The position numbers and the translations under genes are program-made. Under the pieces are notes generated by a model, which was not told where the DNA came from, did not search any database, and was given only the letters and a program-made list of their open reading frames with translations. A stretch of 63,998 bases of DNA, filler included, from Trypethelium eluteriae (lineage: Eukaryota): NCBI GenBank assembly GCA_051942245.1. It is 3 parts of 3 records of this genome, joined end to end, with 100 filler letters (N's around TTAATTAATTAA, not from the genome) between each part and the next. Parts side by side here need not be neighbours in the genome. Positions count along the whole stretch, not along the records: positions 1 to 22,611 come from JAVECL010000438.1; positions 22,712 to 45,308 come from JAVECL010000439.1; 1 more part is not named here. One strand, written 5' to 3'. Positions 13,160-26,502 of the stretch are shown piece by piece. Position 1 is the first letter of the stretch, and every line of letters begins with the position of its first letter.

Positions 13160-15223
13160 ATGGTGCCCGTCGAGAATGCTTCGAACAAGCGCAAGAGGAA
13201 GCACGGTGGCACGAATCAGCCAATTAGAAATGGACATGAGAAACCACAAGCAAAGGAGGAAGACAAGACTCTGTTTACTGATGGCGCAGACACGAAATCT
13301 CACAAAAAGGCCAAGCGGGATGAGGAAGACTTCGCCTTACCTGTTGAAGGGTTTACGTTAGAAGAAGAAGGTATGACTGAAGATATTGAAGCCGAGAGCA
13401 TAGCCAATCAGCAATTGCGGGAGGCGGCTTCAGCCCACGATAACGAGATTACCGGGTTTGATGGTAAAGACGAAAGTGTCCAGAACAACGGTCATGAAGA
13501 TATGGAGTCAGAGGACCTTCCATCTAGCCTAGGAGTTTCCCTCCCGACGATGGATACAGAACCCCAAAAATTTTCAGACTTGAAACTGTCAGAAAAAACG
13601 ATGAAGGCCATCACAGAAGATATGAAATTTGAGAACATGACGGAAATACAACGTCGGGGCATACCTCCATTGTTGGCTGGCAAGGATGTATTGGGCGCCG
13701 CCAAAACAGGTTCAGGAAAGACTTTGGCATTTCTCATTCCAGCAGTTGAGATGTTGAGCGCCTTAAGATACAAGCCCCGAAATGGTACAGGAGTGATAGT
13801 TGTCTCACCAACAAGAGAGTTGGCTTTGCAAATCTTTGGGGTTGCTCGGGAACTTATGGCGCACCATTCACAAACGTTCGGCATAGTCATTGGAGGCGCC
13901 AACAGAAGAGCGGAAGCAGAGAAGCTTTCCAAAGGAGTCAATTTACTTATAGCCACGCCAGGTCGTCTCCTTGATCACCTACAAAATACACAAGGCTTCG
14001 TCTTCAAGAATGTCAAGGCTTTGGTAATTGATGAGGCTGATCGCATTCTTGAGGTTGGGTTTGAGGATGAAATGCGGCAGATTATCAAGATTCTACCAAA
14101 AGACGAGCGACAGACAATGCTCTTCTCAGCAACACAAACCACAAAAGTCGAGGATCTTGCACGAATATCACTACGCCCTGGTCCACTATATATCAACGTT
14201 GATCATCGCACCGAGCACAGCACCGTGGAGGGTCTCGAGCAAGGCTATGTTATATGCGACTCGGACCTGCGTTTTCGATTGCTCTTTACATTTCTGAAAA
14301 GGATGCAAAAGAAGAAGATTATTGTGTTCTTTTCTAGCTGCAATTGCGTCAAATATTATTCAGAGCTCCTCAATTATGTTCGTCCTGCGCTCTCGGACCT
14401 GTTTCTAGCGACCTGCTGACTCTTCGTAGATAGACCTTCCAGTCATCGACCTCCACGGCAAGCAGAAACAAGCGAAGCGGACTGCTACATTTTTCGAATT
14501 CTGCAATGCGAAGCAAGGAACGTTGATATGTACTGATGTCGCTGCAAGAGGCCTCGATGTATGTCTAAGAATTTGATATGCGCTTTTGCTGCGGTCATTC
14601 GCTGATATCTGATGTGATAGATCCCTGCTGTTGACTGGATTATTCAATTTGACCCGTATGTCTATGATAGGACTAAACTTCATGGCTTTCTTGCTCACAC
14701 AGTACAGCCCGGATGATCCAAGAGATTACATACATCGCGTGGGTCGAACAGCACGAGGTGCTAATGGCAAGGGTCGCAGTCTGATGTTTTTGCAACCATC
14801 TGAGGCGGGATTTTTGAGTCATCTGAAAGAGGCAAGGGTGCCTTTGGTCGAGTTCGAGATGCCAACGAAAAAGATTGTGAATATTCAAAGTCAACTTGAG
14901 AAACTCATCGGCTCCAACTTCTACCTTAACAAGGCAAGTCACTTAAATTCCTCCTCCACAGACATCGGCTAATTCATATACCCTTCCAGTCTGCAAAAGA
15001 CGGGTATCGGTCTTACTTGCAAGCATATGCTTCACACAGTCTCAGGTCCGTGTTTGACATACACAAACTTGACTTGGTCAAGGTAGCTAAGTCATTCGGA
15101 TTTCCAACTCCTCCTCGCGTGGATATTGCTCTTGGGGCCAGTATGAGCCGAGATAAGAAGCACGAAGCGCGCAGGGCGTATGGCAGTCAACCAAAACAGA
15201 AATATTTCCAGAAGAAGAGATGA
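13160..15223 (+). CDS. HAS1: DEAD-box ATP-dependent RNA helicase HAS1 (DDX18)
   Basis: [45 protein letters not shown] motifs; four short 3' introns, the last GC-AG (14934-14989). Confidence 0.95.
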
Positions 15224-15744
15224 CATTCGGGCGGCTCTATCTGTCGACTGCACTCAGAACTTCGAGAAGTGTATGATAATATCAGTGGAGCTTCTAGAGC
15301 TATAATTCTCGAACAACGCAAGAGTAGTCTTCCAAGTGATGAAAGATACATGACAAATATAGATGTAATCAATGTTACATTTGCTCCAACTCCCTCTATG
15401 AAGACGTAATATTTCAGCACAGCCGATGCTTCATCTTCGGATACTGTAAGCTTTGCAGTAGACTGTGTGGTTGAGGTCTTGAGAGACTGACGTATACAGC
15501 ACGGCGTGCGAACGCGACCGCGACCAGGCGCGTCGAACTCCGAAGACCCTGAAATTTCTACTGTAAATAATTTGGCCGTACCCACGATACATTACAACGT
15601 TTCGTGTCGTGACCTTTCATAATCTGTTTCTTTCGAGACTATTCACTCATATCACAATTACGGAGAATCACCCTTCGACGACTTTAGGCAAACTGTGAGG
15701 CCGTTTGAATCCGTCGGAGCCTTCACCTTGACTGGACGACAACC

Positions 15745-17110
15745 ATGGGTGATACCTTACACAATGCCCCGATAGTGCTCGATAATGGGAGCGGCACAAT
15801 AAGGGCGGGGTTCGCAGGAGAAGACTTTCCAAAATGCACATTCCCATCTTTCGTTGGCCGGCCCAAGCACCTCAGAGTATTAGCAGGGGCTTTAGAAGGG
15901 GACGTATTCATCGGACCGCGGGCACAAGAGCTACGAGGATTGCTCAAGATACGATATCCACTGGAGCATGGAGTTGTGACAGAGTGGGATGATATGGAAC
16001 GCATATGGCAGTACGTATATTCAGAGGAATTGAAGACTCTAAGTGAAGAAGTATGCTACCTTTCCCCCCCCATGCTACGACCATTTATCCGAGTATTGGA
16101 AGTGAATAATTTGCTTCTTACACATTCTGCGAGACGCGAGCTAATGGTGGTACCTCTTGAAAACAGCACCCAGTCTTACTCACCGAGCCACCACTAAATC
16201 CACGCACCAACCGGGACACCGCCGCTCAAATACTATTCGAGACGTTCAATATCCCTGCCCTCTATACCTCAATCCAAGCAATTCTGTCCCTTTACTCGTC
16301 GGGTCGCACAACGGGAGTAGTACTTGACTCTGGAGATGGAGTTTCTCATGCAGTCCCGGTCTACGAAGGCTTCGCAATTCCCAGCAGCATACGGAGAATA
16401 GACGTCGCCGGACGGGATGTCACAGAGTATCTACAGACACTTTTGAGGAAGAGCGGTCACGTCTTCCATACCAGTGCTGAGAAAGAGGTCGTTAGAATCA
16501 TCAAAGAAAAGACTTCTTACATTGCACTTGATCCGAGGAGGGAAGAGAAAGAATGGACAGGGGCGGCGGCTAGGACGGAAGGCAAGAGTATGGATTACAC
16601 TTTACCAGATGGCAATAAACTCAAGGTAGAAAGGCTGCCTCCCTACAAGCTACAGTAAACGCTCACAGGCACTGTATAGATCGGCACGGAAAGATTTCGG
16701 GCCCCCGAAATCCTCTTTGACCCTGAGATAATCGGTCTCGAGTATCCTGGCATTCACCAGGTCGTGGTGGACGCTATCAATCGTACAGATCTCGATTTGA
16801 GAAAACACCTCTTCGGCAACATCGTCTTATCTGGTGGCTCGACCCTTACGAAAGGCTTCGGTGATCGATTACTTGCTGAAGTGCAAAGACTTGCGGTCAA
16901 GGACATGCGCATTAAGATCTTCGCTCCTCCGGAGAGAAAATATACCACCTGGATTGGTGGCAGCATCCTTGCTGGCCTCAGCACTTTCAGAAAGGTTTGT
17001 CCTTCATCTAGAGTTTTTCTGGCAAAATCCTGACTGATTGCCTGTAGATGTGGGTGAGCATGGAGGAGTATCACGAAAATCCCGATGTCATTCATACCAA
17101 GCTACCATAA
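15745..17110 (+). CDS. ARP1: Actin-related protein 1 (centractin, dynactin subunit)
   Basis: [59 protein letters not shown]; three introns; ends IHTKLP-stop at 17110. Confidence 0.95.
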
Positions 17111-18071
17111 TCGATTGATGGAAGTTCTAATGCTTCGTGCGAATTACTATGGTCATTCCAGGCTTCGAATGTTTATTGGCTTTACTGGGGTCGTAAAATC
17201 TCATGACTTCGATCCGAGCTCAAAGCAACAGCGGGACTCTACCCTGTTGGTCGCATTCTGGTCCAGATCGGCTCTTTCCGAAAGATTACTACCCAACAGC
17301 CAGTGAGCTGCAGCGATTCTAGCGATCCTTCCTGTCTCGAAACATCTGCCTATATTACTCTTTTTCTGTATCTTCGGCGCTTCGAGCGACTTGACCACAT
17401 GTCTGACCGATACCCTGATAGTTTGGAGCATTTGAACGAGCGATTCATTTTTGATCTTTATTACCTTGAAAAAGTACCACCAAAGATCCTGTCTGGGAAG
17501 GCCACCATACCGGTAGTCCCTAAAGTCCTGACTCTGCCTCGAAACAATCTCAAGAAAACAGCAATAATGCTGCAGTTCAAAACGCAGTCTAGCAGGACAT
17601 CGCAAAGCCTGGCAAATTTAGGCGACCCGTAAAACGTATTGATTCAGTGCACGCAATCAGATGGCCGACCAAGCCAGCATGAGGAGGACTGGTATTGGGA
17701 TCGGAATCGCAATAGTCTGGCTGGCTTTGATGAACATAGGTGCAATACACTTATTGCGAAGAGTCCGGTTGATGGAGGGGGTATCACAAGGCAGAGACCA
17801 CAGCCAGGATCAGACATGAGACAATCATCCCGAGCAGAACTACAAGGGAAAATAGATCCCTCAAAGTTGACAGTATGTCATGCTGAATCGATGGAGCTCC
17901 TCGAGCAGTGTAGGCAAGCACATTTGGAGTGCGTTCTAACAACATATGGAGCCTCCTGGACCACTGGCGGTGGTGGGAGCTATTCATGAACATGGCATAG
18001 TTTACAAGATTCTCTAAAGATCAATGAACCCTAATCATCATAAAGACTAACGATCCCAACCTAGAAACCCA

Positions 18072-19145
18072 CTATACGTATCCGGTGCGTTCGAACGTTT
18101 CGAGGCCTTGTCGGACTACATCCTCGAGGTTTGCCGGCTGTAAATCAAGTAACTCATTGTCAAGTGGGCCTTCTTCGGCGAGGTTACCACCATACCGGCC
18201 AGTAACAAAGCCAGTCTCGATCAAGTTGAAATTTGCCGAACTATCACCATTCGCGACTCTTTTTCTTGCATCGCTAATTATAGCTTCACTTTCTCTTGCC
18301 TCCACGTCCCATTTCTCCCCGGAAACCTTCTCGATTGTCGCAAGAAGTTCGGCCTGAGAGGTAGTAAAGTCCTGAATGAAGATCGAACGGTTCGCAGTCT
18401 TCTCCGATGGCAAGATGAGCGAATTTAACACCGCCTTGATGGTGTTGTCCATAGTCGTAGCGGAGAAGAGTCCTTTCCCATCATCCCAGAAAATCATTTT
18501 TTTCTCAGCTGAGCGCACGCCAAGGAACTTATGCTGCATTGCCCTAAAGATTGGTCAGCCATTGGAACGCTTCAGACGCCTCCATGCTGGAAGGATTGCT
18601 TTCTCCCCTGCATCTCACTCACCAAGCGATCCACATCCCACAAGAAACACTAGACCACGTCAAACCCAACTTCTCTTTCTCCCTCAAATACTCCCGTATT
18701 CTCCCTTTGTCATCAAATACACTACATAATCCTCTCGCCTCCGGATTTGCATTGTTCAATCCATATTCACTGGCTACGAACCTCTTCACCCCAACCTCGA
18801 TCGCCGCATCAATGAAGCGGAATTGTTCCGAGACTCCAAGGGTTGTTAAAGCGCTCACGACAGCATCTTGGCCTTGAAACGCGGCAACCAGGTCAGAATG
18901 GGGATAGCTGTCTGAGATAGTGATGAGGCGCAGATCGGGGATTGTGCGGAGGTAGGGGATGGCAGCAGAGGAGAACGGACAAGAGCGCTGACGGTAAATT
19001 TGGAAGAGGAGAGGAGGGCCTGAAGGAGAGGAGCCCCTAGAGAACCACTTGACTATCATCCGGTGGTTAGTCGAGGACAGCTGCTGGCTAAAAGGTATCG
19101 ACCTACGCCCGCAAGGATGATGTTCTTGTATTGGGGCTCAGGCAT
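18072..19145 (-). pseudogene. NmrA-like / isoflavone-reductase-type NAD(P)-binding oxidoreductase with an apparent 1-nt frameshift
   Basis: Exon 1 MPEPQYKNIILAG spliced to SSGSLGAPLLQALL gives a Rossmann GxSGxLG motif. The downstream family motifs (GQDAVVS, IDAAIEVGVKRFVASEYG) lie in another frame from ~18972. May be a sequencing error. Confidence 0.7.
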
Positions 19146-21894
19146 GACCGATACTTGGTTGAGTGCGGTCGCGAAGTCTTTGGAGGAACAGGAAATAGAG
19201 GTCTCGAGTGAATTGAGGGAAGTGGAAAAGCGAAAGTGGCAGATGGTACATACCTTAGGTACTTATACGGGCACATCAACCCTGGCCTGCACTACATTGA
19301 AATGCAACTGCGGATTTCTAAGGTTTACTATACATGAACTTCGCATGGGTGTTTCCATAGAGCCGTAGTCACAAGGCCGATAGTCTTTGTATCACCTATC
19401 ACATTTGGTCTTAGTCTTGCGCAGTTGAGGTTGAAGTCGTCCGAAAAGCTTGGCAGCACCCTGCAGATTCTGGGGGCTTGCATGAAGACCTTTCCAGACT
19501 CTATCGGTAATCAAGAAGCCCGAGATGCCTGCTCATGGCCTGCAAAAGCTTCGAATAGCAGCTGAGAGGGACTTTCTCCCGAGGCAATCAGTCAACATTT
19601 AAGGTCGGTTTGACGGATTACTAAGCCTGAAGCCTGAAGCTGCAACGTAGTATCCAAAGAATTTCACTTCGAGATGATCTGCGACCCCTTAAGCTGAGAG
19701 GACCATTGATCTCAATTGCAGATGGTCGCTGATCTCGTAATTGTCAAAGCTAGACTACTAGGGCTGTCTCCTAGTTGCAAGGGGACAATGGGAAATCCCA
19801 GCGGGCCGCACCAAGGCTCAAGTTGACTGCCTCTGAAGGCGGCTTCATGTCCGCGAGCTCATGGGTCACTGATCGTCCATGTGGCGGCTCAGCCTTGTTT
19901 CTTGCGAGTGCTTCTCCTCTATTCGGTTCGATGAGCTTGCCATAATTTGCGAATTTTCTAGCTGACTTTGACTAGAGCAGTCAGGGTGGCTTCCACAGCT
20001 TAGCAGCTGCCACTATGGACCCCGCCAAACCCTCCTTCCACGAACGTAACATATTATTTTGTGCTTTTGCTCGGCTGCTCATAGCATGACAGGTGCTGTC
20101 CTGGGCAAAGAACCTTCTGGATTGAAGTACGTGATTAAGATGGCGAGCGTGGTAAGCTTGCAACTCTCTTCAGATGTTTTTTTCTATCGTAATCTTTCCG
20201 GAGACTTTTGAAGCCTTCGACGGTACTTCTGCGACAATCGAGGTCCAATCAAGATGATTTGCGAATACACTAGGAACCTAGAAGTATGAAGAAGTAGCTC
20301 TCACATTTTTCGGAGCATTTATATGGGGGGCGTGGTTTCTCATTTCCAGCTTCCTTGGCTCTGTGGGTACTTCTTAAGGCGCGCTTCCAAAGGTGCCTCT
20401 GTTGCCTCAGAAAGTAAGGGCTGGGTCTCTCAGAATTTGCCTGAAGCTTTGCGCACTGTTGTCGCCCTTATTCTCACAAGCGCCCCTTGCTCCGGGCCCT
20501 CTGCCCAGAGCTGGCGTTAACTTCCTTCGAAGAGTGGCGTATCGAGAAGTCTTCTCGGACTTAAAATGGACCGTCGTGAATCTCATAGTGGCCTCGAGGA
20601 TATTTCGATGAGCTTGTTAAACTTTGATAGGACTTCATTCTTCAGTCGCCCCTTGATCCTCTCTGACATGTGAAGCTTGTTCTCAACATGTATTTGATAA
20701 TGTTTTATTGCTAGGTGAGAATCGATATATAGGTCGACGTGACGTTAGCGAATGTCGTGGACTTCTGGTGCAAGCGGGCAAAATATGGTGACCTTTGGTA
20801 CCTCACAAATCCGCTTGAGAGCTTCCACTTCCATGCCCTGCTCGTGCATTGGCCCTTCGACAGAGAGAAAGAAGATGGAGGGGCGGGTCGGAAGCGTTTG
20901 ACGCACCCGAGAAATTTTCAATTATCTTGCCGACTTTACAATTTTTGTCCTACACATTTAGCATACTGCCCAAATGCCGCATGTTATATTTTGGCATTCT
21001 CGTCCCTTCTTGAAGTATATTGCCCCGAGAGATTTGAGAGATAGCAAAATTAGTTCTTGTGGATAATTAGGCTAGATTTCATATTCGACTCCGAGCCTTT
21101 TCTCCAATAGACACCTCGTCTTTGTCCTGAGAGTCAACAAGAAGTCTCGGCAATCTGCTCAAGCACTTACTCTGGACAGGGAAGACACGGATAGACTATC
21201 GTAGCGCCAATGGTTTTGCGGGGAAGACGGTGTCAAAGATGTACATGCGGCTGATGCATACTATGTTGACCTACTGCTGCAGCATCTCCAGACTAAGTAG
21301 TATGGAGATAGATGAAAGCACCAACCGCGTTCTTACCATAGGTTCGGAAATCGGCAAGTCTTGCCTCTGCGTAAAAAGCAAGAAGATGGCATTTGAGAAT
21401 GCGGTCCAATCTGCCGTCCATTGTAGAGAGGTACCTGGTTGTATCGAGAATAAGACCATATCGAACGCAAACTCAGTATGAAGTATTCTGCACTACATCG
21501 TGATGATTGCTAACAGTCTCGATCACATCGCATACTGACCTTTATGGGCGCACGCGCTTAGTAAGAATGGATGGCCGGGAACGCATGATCAATTGGAGGA
21601 ATTCTAAAATCTGATTTCTATTACCCCCATTTTATTCCCTCCCCCTCATCGCGCAAAGCACACACCTTGTTTGACAGGTTTAGAGTCAGCCACACTGGTG
21701 CGGACTGATCATCCAGTCGGACCGCTGCCCCAGGCATGACAATTCGATGCTTTGAATCCTCGTAGCAAAGCACGTCATCCGTAAATGCATTGCGAGTGGC
21801 GATGTGTGCGATGCTGTGATGCCATGGTAAAGCGGCGGAAGGAAGGGTGGAAGGACCGAAGGTAGCCGGCATCGGGGAGTTTTCAAGATTTTCA

Positions 21895-21924
21895 GGCACA
21901 TGGCACATGGCACATGGCACATGG
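21895..21924. repeat. Heptamer tandem repeat (GGCACAT)x4
   Basis: ggcacatggcacatggcacatggcacatgg read directly. Confidence 0.9.
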
Positions 21925-22611
21925 TGTCATTCCATTGGTGTCATTTCGGCTCATCAACCACCTGCACCGCCGCCTTTGGCCAACAGCGCGAAACCAAACC
22001 ATGGCGCGCTCTTGGATTTCCATTACCCCATCAAACGCCAGCGACTGCCATTAACTGGAAAGCGTAGTCTGTTTTGCTTCCTTGGCTATTGGTAAGGTGG
22101 TAAGCGACTGCTGCGTGTGACCTGGTCCTCCCAGCTCCTTTGATGCCACCCTTCAGTTAACGGCCTAGGGATTGCAGTTAACTGAATAGTGAGTTATCGT
22201 AGCTTTGTTGCAGACTTTTCGGCGTCCATGGCGTTCGATGGATTATAATATGATGGCCTCAGCTGCGATTTTCCTTGATTGCGTGCCAAACTCACAGTCA
22301 CCATTCCTGCCACGTTGACCAACTCACCATATCTGAGCTCATTCGCATCATTCCTGACGTGCTTGTCTCTCATACTCATACTTGAAATATCAACTTCCAA
22401 GTCGTTCCTCCGACCAGACCTACTACTCAATCCCTCATTTCTTCCAGCGCGATCTCGATTTCTTATCACAAAACTTTCATCTCTTACAGCAAACCACTAC
22501 TATCTGCTCCTACAACCAAACGAACCGCTCCCACATCCAAACCCCAAACCTACCCCCGGACCAAGACATCTCGCCACCCAGCGATGCCCTTCCACCTGAC
22601 CGAGCCCCACC

Positions 22612-22711
22612 NNNNNNNNNNNNNNNNNNNNNNNNNNNNNNNNNNNNNNNNNNNNTTAATTAATTAANNNNNNNNNNNNNNNNNNNNNNNNNNNNNNNNN
22701 NNNNNNNNNNN
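22612..22711. other. Artificial contig spacer N44-TTAATTAATTAA-N44
   Basis: Exactly 100 bp; the central 12-mer gives stops in all six frames; identical to the spacer at 45309-45408. Confidence 0.97.
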
Positions 22712-24112
22712 CGTCTCCACCACCAGCACATCAGCCCTCATGCCGACCTCCAACCTTCCCACCTCCTCCTGCATCCCCAACGCCCTCGCACCCCCAACCG
22801 TCGCCAGCCTAAACGCCTCGCGCGTCTTCGGCTCAACTCCGCGCGGGAACCGGCCCGAGGATAGGATCTCCGCGTTGCGGTGCGAGCGCGTCACCGCGAG
22901 CCCGACGCGCATCGCGTGCAGCATGGAGGCGCTGTCGCTGGAGTGGCAGTCGGTGCCTAGCGAGGCGAGCGCAGTGGCAAGGGGGTCGAAGCAGATGGGG
23001 ATGCCGTGCGCCATTTGCGATTCGGTGGTTGGCGTGCTGGCGGTACGGCACTGGCTGGAGGTGAGGAGGGCGAGGTCGGATGGGGTGGTGCCGTTGGCGT
23101 GGCTGAGGAGGAGGTCGGGGCCGAGGAGGGAGTAGGCGTGTAGGAGGCGGGGGATGGTTTCGCCTGAGCCTGGGAGATGAGTGAGGAGATGTTTGGATGG
23201 GGGTTTGGTTTGGTTGGAAGGAAGGGAGGAAGGAAGGAAGGAAAGAAGGAAGGGGTTTTGAGCTTGGAAGCAACTTACCGGCGATGTTGTTGTGGCGCCA
23301 ATGCGAAGTGATGGTCTTGACGCCTAGTCTGCGTGCTGTCTGGTACAGATCGACGACTTGGTCTTTAGGGAGATGGAACATGTCAAAGCCGAGACCAATT
23401 GTAACTCTGCCGTCTCCAAAGGGCTGTCGTTGTGTGAAATTTTCCAGTTGCTTGATACACCAATCCGAAATAGGGCTGGGATCAACCTCTATCTCTGCAT
23501 CCCAACGTGTGAATCTAGGAATAATGCTGTAGCAGAAGACCGAGCGAATTCCAGCCGTGATGGCCGCAGAGAGTCCCGCGAGCCCTAGAGCTTGAGTCTA
23601 AGCGTTGACCTCGGTACTAGAGACTGAGTACCGAATTCTGTGCCTACCGTGGTCTGGGGAGTAGGTCATATGCGCGTGGTCAGCTACGCATGTGGTTCCA
23701 GCGTCTAATGCTTCTAGATTTCCCGCTAGCTCTCCCCAAAAGATATCCTGGGGCGTGTAGTTGAAGCACTGCATGTTGCCTATCATTTGGAGTCGGCAAC
23801 TCGGTCCTCCCCGACATAGATTCCAGTTTGGCACATACCTTTCGGGGAGTAGTCAAGCAAGGTGTCATCGGAGTGTCTGCCTTTGAGCTGAGTCTGCCAC
23901 ATGTGATGGTGAGTATCAACAAAGCCGGGACAAATAATCTTGCCATGGCAATCGATCAGCCGACAATTCTCTGGACCCGTAATATTCTTGCCGATGCGCT
24001 CAATCCGATTGCCAACTATGAGCAGATCGGTGTCATATAACACACTGACATTGTCTTGAATATCGTGTTGAAGTATCATACCTCCTTGAAGGAGGAGTGC
24101 TGATTGAGACAT
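22712..24112 (-). CDS. Metal-dependent amidohydrolase (MTA/SAH deaminase-like), 3' end truncated by the gap
   Basis: PGFVDTHHHMWQTQLKGRH metal-binding motif, ALDAGTTCVADHAH, LLSHAN, SLGTDCHS, AFRLATVGGARALG; three introns. Confidence 0.9.
23215..23252. repeat. Imperfect (GGAA)n microsatellite in an amidohydrolase intron
   Basis: ggaaggaagggaggaaggaaggaaggaaagaaggaagg. Confidence 0.85.
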
Positions 24113-26502
24113 GACTCTTGCTCAGATAGTTGTACGGAGTACAGAAAGAAACTGGGTTTGAGAGCAGGACAGAAGTACTCTTTGCTCCCTCTATCAAAGT
24201 GGGTCATGGCACTTACAAGGTTTGTCACAACGCTCTTATGTAGCATTGCGGGCATGCTCGCACTGTGTGTGCTGGCTGCTCGATCATGTCCAATCAAGGC
24301 GCTGAATGCAGTGCTACGGCCAGGTTCCCAGGACCCATGGCACACAAGTGACAAAACACTGGAGGTCCTCTTTGCGTGGATTTACGTATATGTCTTTCCG
24401 TCGGGGCGAGTCTCCATTTTTTCTGTCATCCGCGTGCTATGGCACGTTGTACGTCTGCCATCGGTGATACAGTCCCACAATCTGATACGCTACCAGGGGG
24501 ATTTAGCTCGGTGGTCTAACCCGCATATAGCTAGTTTAGATGAACGCCGTTTGCCCGTTCCCGGATTTATCTCACCAATTTTCATGTTGGACTTTATTTC
24601 TCAAGATTCTCGACACGAACGGGCATGCGGCTTCTGTCCTCTAACTGAATTTTCGACACACATGGAGATCAAGCTCCAGCCGGTGTGCCAGTGAGGATGA
24701 CGGAACTAGCCTCAAGCGTCGTCCCCTGAGAACAATATGCAACGAGCTTCTGCACCGAAAACACAAGATCGCTATTCATATCTTCTCAACGCCGCCCAAA
24801 ACCTGTTTGCACAGCAGACTGCCTTGAACGACTGCTCCAGAAGACTTGCTTGGTGTTCCCATCCTGGACAACTTTTCCGTTGTAAGTAGCTTGCACACTC
24901 AAGCGCTGGGGATTTGGAATCATTTCCGCTGAAACCGGGACAGGACCTGCTTGTGCACTTCTTTCCCGTCAAAATTTCGCTTTAGATTATCCAGAAACGA
25001 TCTACATAATGGACGCGCGCCGTCTAATCCCTTCGAGAATGACCGCTGCTGCGTCTCCATTCGCAAGCTACGAGCAGAGACATAATTTGCTGCGGTACAA
25101 CCAAGGATAAAGTCAAGAGCCGACTCGTTAAGACGTTCCGACGGTCCTTGCCAATGAAGACGGCAAGCTCTGCTTCCTAATCGGGAGTGCCTTCTTGTGC
25201 AGCCGTCGGCTTAGAGGTAACCTTGGACATGGAGGTGGTCGCTGGAAAAGGATTGCTCATGCAGCTCCGAGGCTTCATGAACACACTTAGCACCTTCGAA
25301 GGCTCCATATTGATAACCTAGATTGACGTCAGCCCTCAGAAATTCTAGGCATACAAGTGCCCTATGAAAAGAAGCTATACTCACCTTTATGTGGTTCTGC
25401 AGTTCACCCAAATGCATCCGATGCCGTTACAGTCCTCCTTCGAAACTGGCTAAAGTAGCTGAGAGATGGTCGTAACAGTGTCTGTGACCTCACGACCCAA
25501 GAGTGGACTCTTGAGAAAGAATGCACGGGTCATGACGTTGTTGAAAAGGTCTAGACCAGAGCGAGATATTTTTACTTGCAGGATCCGGTCTCGCCGACAC
25601 CAACATCAGTGCTGTAATTGATCTATTGCCTATCCGGCTAAGCATTCCACATCAACATTGCCCCAAAGTTAGATCCTCCTTCGCTTCGTCACCACTCGGA
25701 CCTACTGGGAGCAGTTGACCTACTGATCTTGTGAATCATACCCTCCGCCTGCACCGTCGCGAAAGCCTTGGAGACACACTACATTGCAAAACGCTGATGA
25801 ACTGAAAACCGCTGTCTATGGCAATCAATACAATGATACCTCAATTTTGCTGTTATAACCATGTTGGCCCACGTTGAGGCGGTGTTAACATGGGCTAACA
25901 AGGTCATAACAGTGAAGTTGAAATAACGTTATATTGATTACCAGTTCAGGAACCTCCCTCGGCAGTAAGGGATGCATACCAGTAAGCTGGACTATGCAAG
26001 CCTTAAGTGTATCCCTATCGCTCCGCGCAGTATGTCAGACTTCGAGCCGGACGGAAAAATAGAAAACTCAAGCTGCATTAAATGAAAATCGACTTGAGGT
26101 GGAGGCAGTCCAGTTGAACTTAATGCCATTCGTCATCATTACTTCGGGATTCTTATGTCTTACTAAAAGTATGTCAAGCGAGTTGCGATACGACAGAGGT
26201 TCTAAACGGTGGCTTAAATGGGTTCTTCTTGGTTCGAGACGCAAGACAGTGATCAAGATGATACACTCTTCTCACCATGTGCCTAAAGCGCACAGATGCG
26301 GGCGACTACTCTATGTATCGGAGCGTGGCTCCTTTATAGCACCGACCTTGCCCCCTTTTTCATGGTGGTCAAAGCTCTTTCGTGCAATGACGTCGGCAAG
26401 GAGCGAAATATTTCTCGTTTTTAATTAATAAAACTTGCGAACTCGTCGCGCGGGATCAGGAAAGTACTCTACTCTCGACCGGTCACTAATACATTATGAG
26501 AT

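Noticed and set aside
22612..22711. TTAATTAATTAA palindrome within N runs (also 45309-45408) as a biological site
   Set aside because: Identical 100-bp N-flanked structure with six-frame stops; an assembly linker.
24104..24694. 196-aa plus-strand ORF as a gene
   Set aside because: No recognisable motifs; lies over the amidohydrolase promoter; likely a chance ORF.
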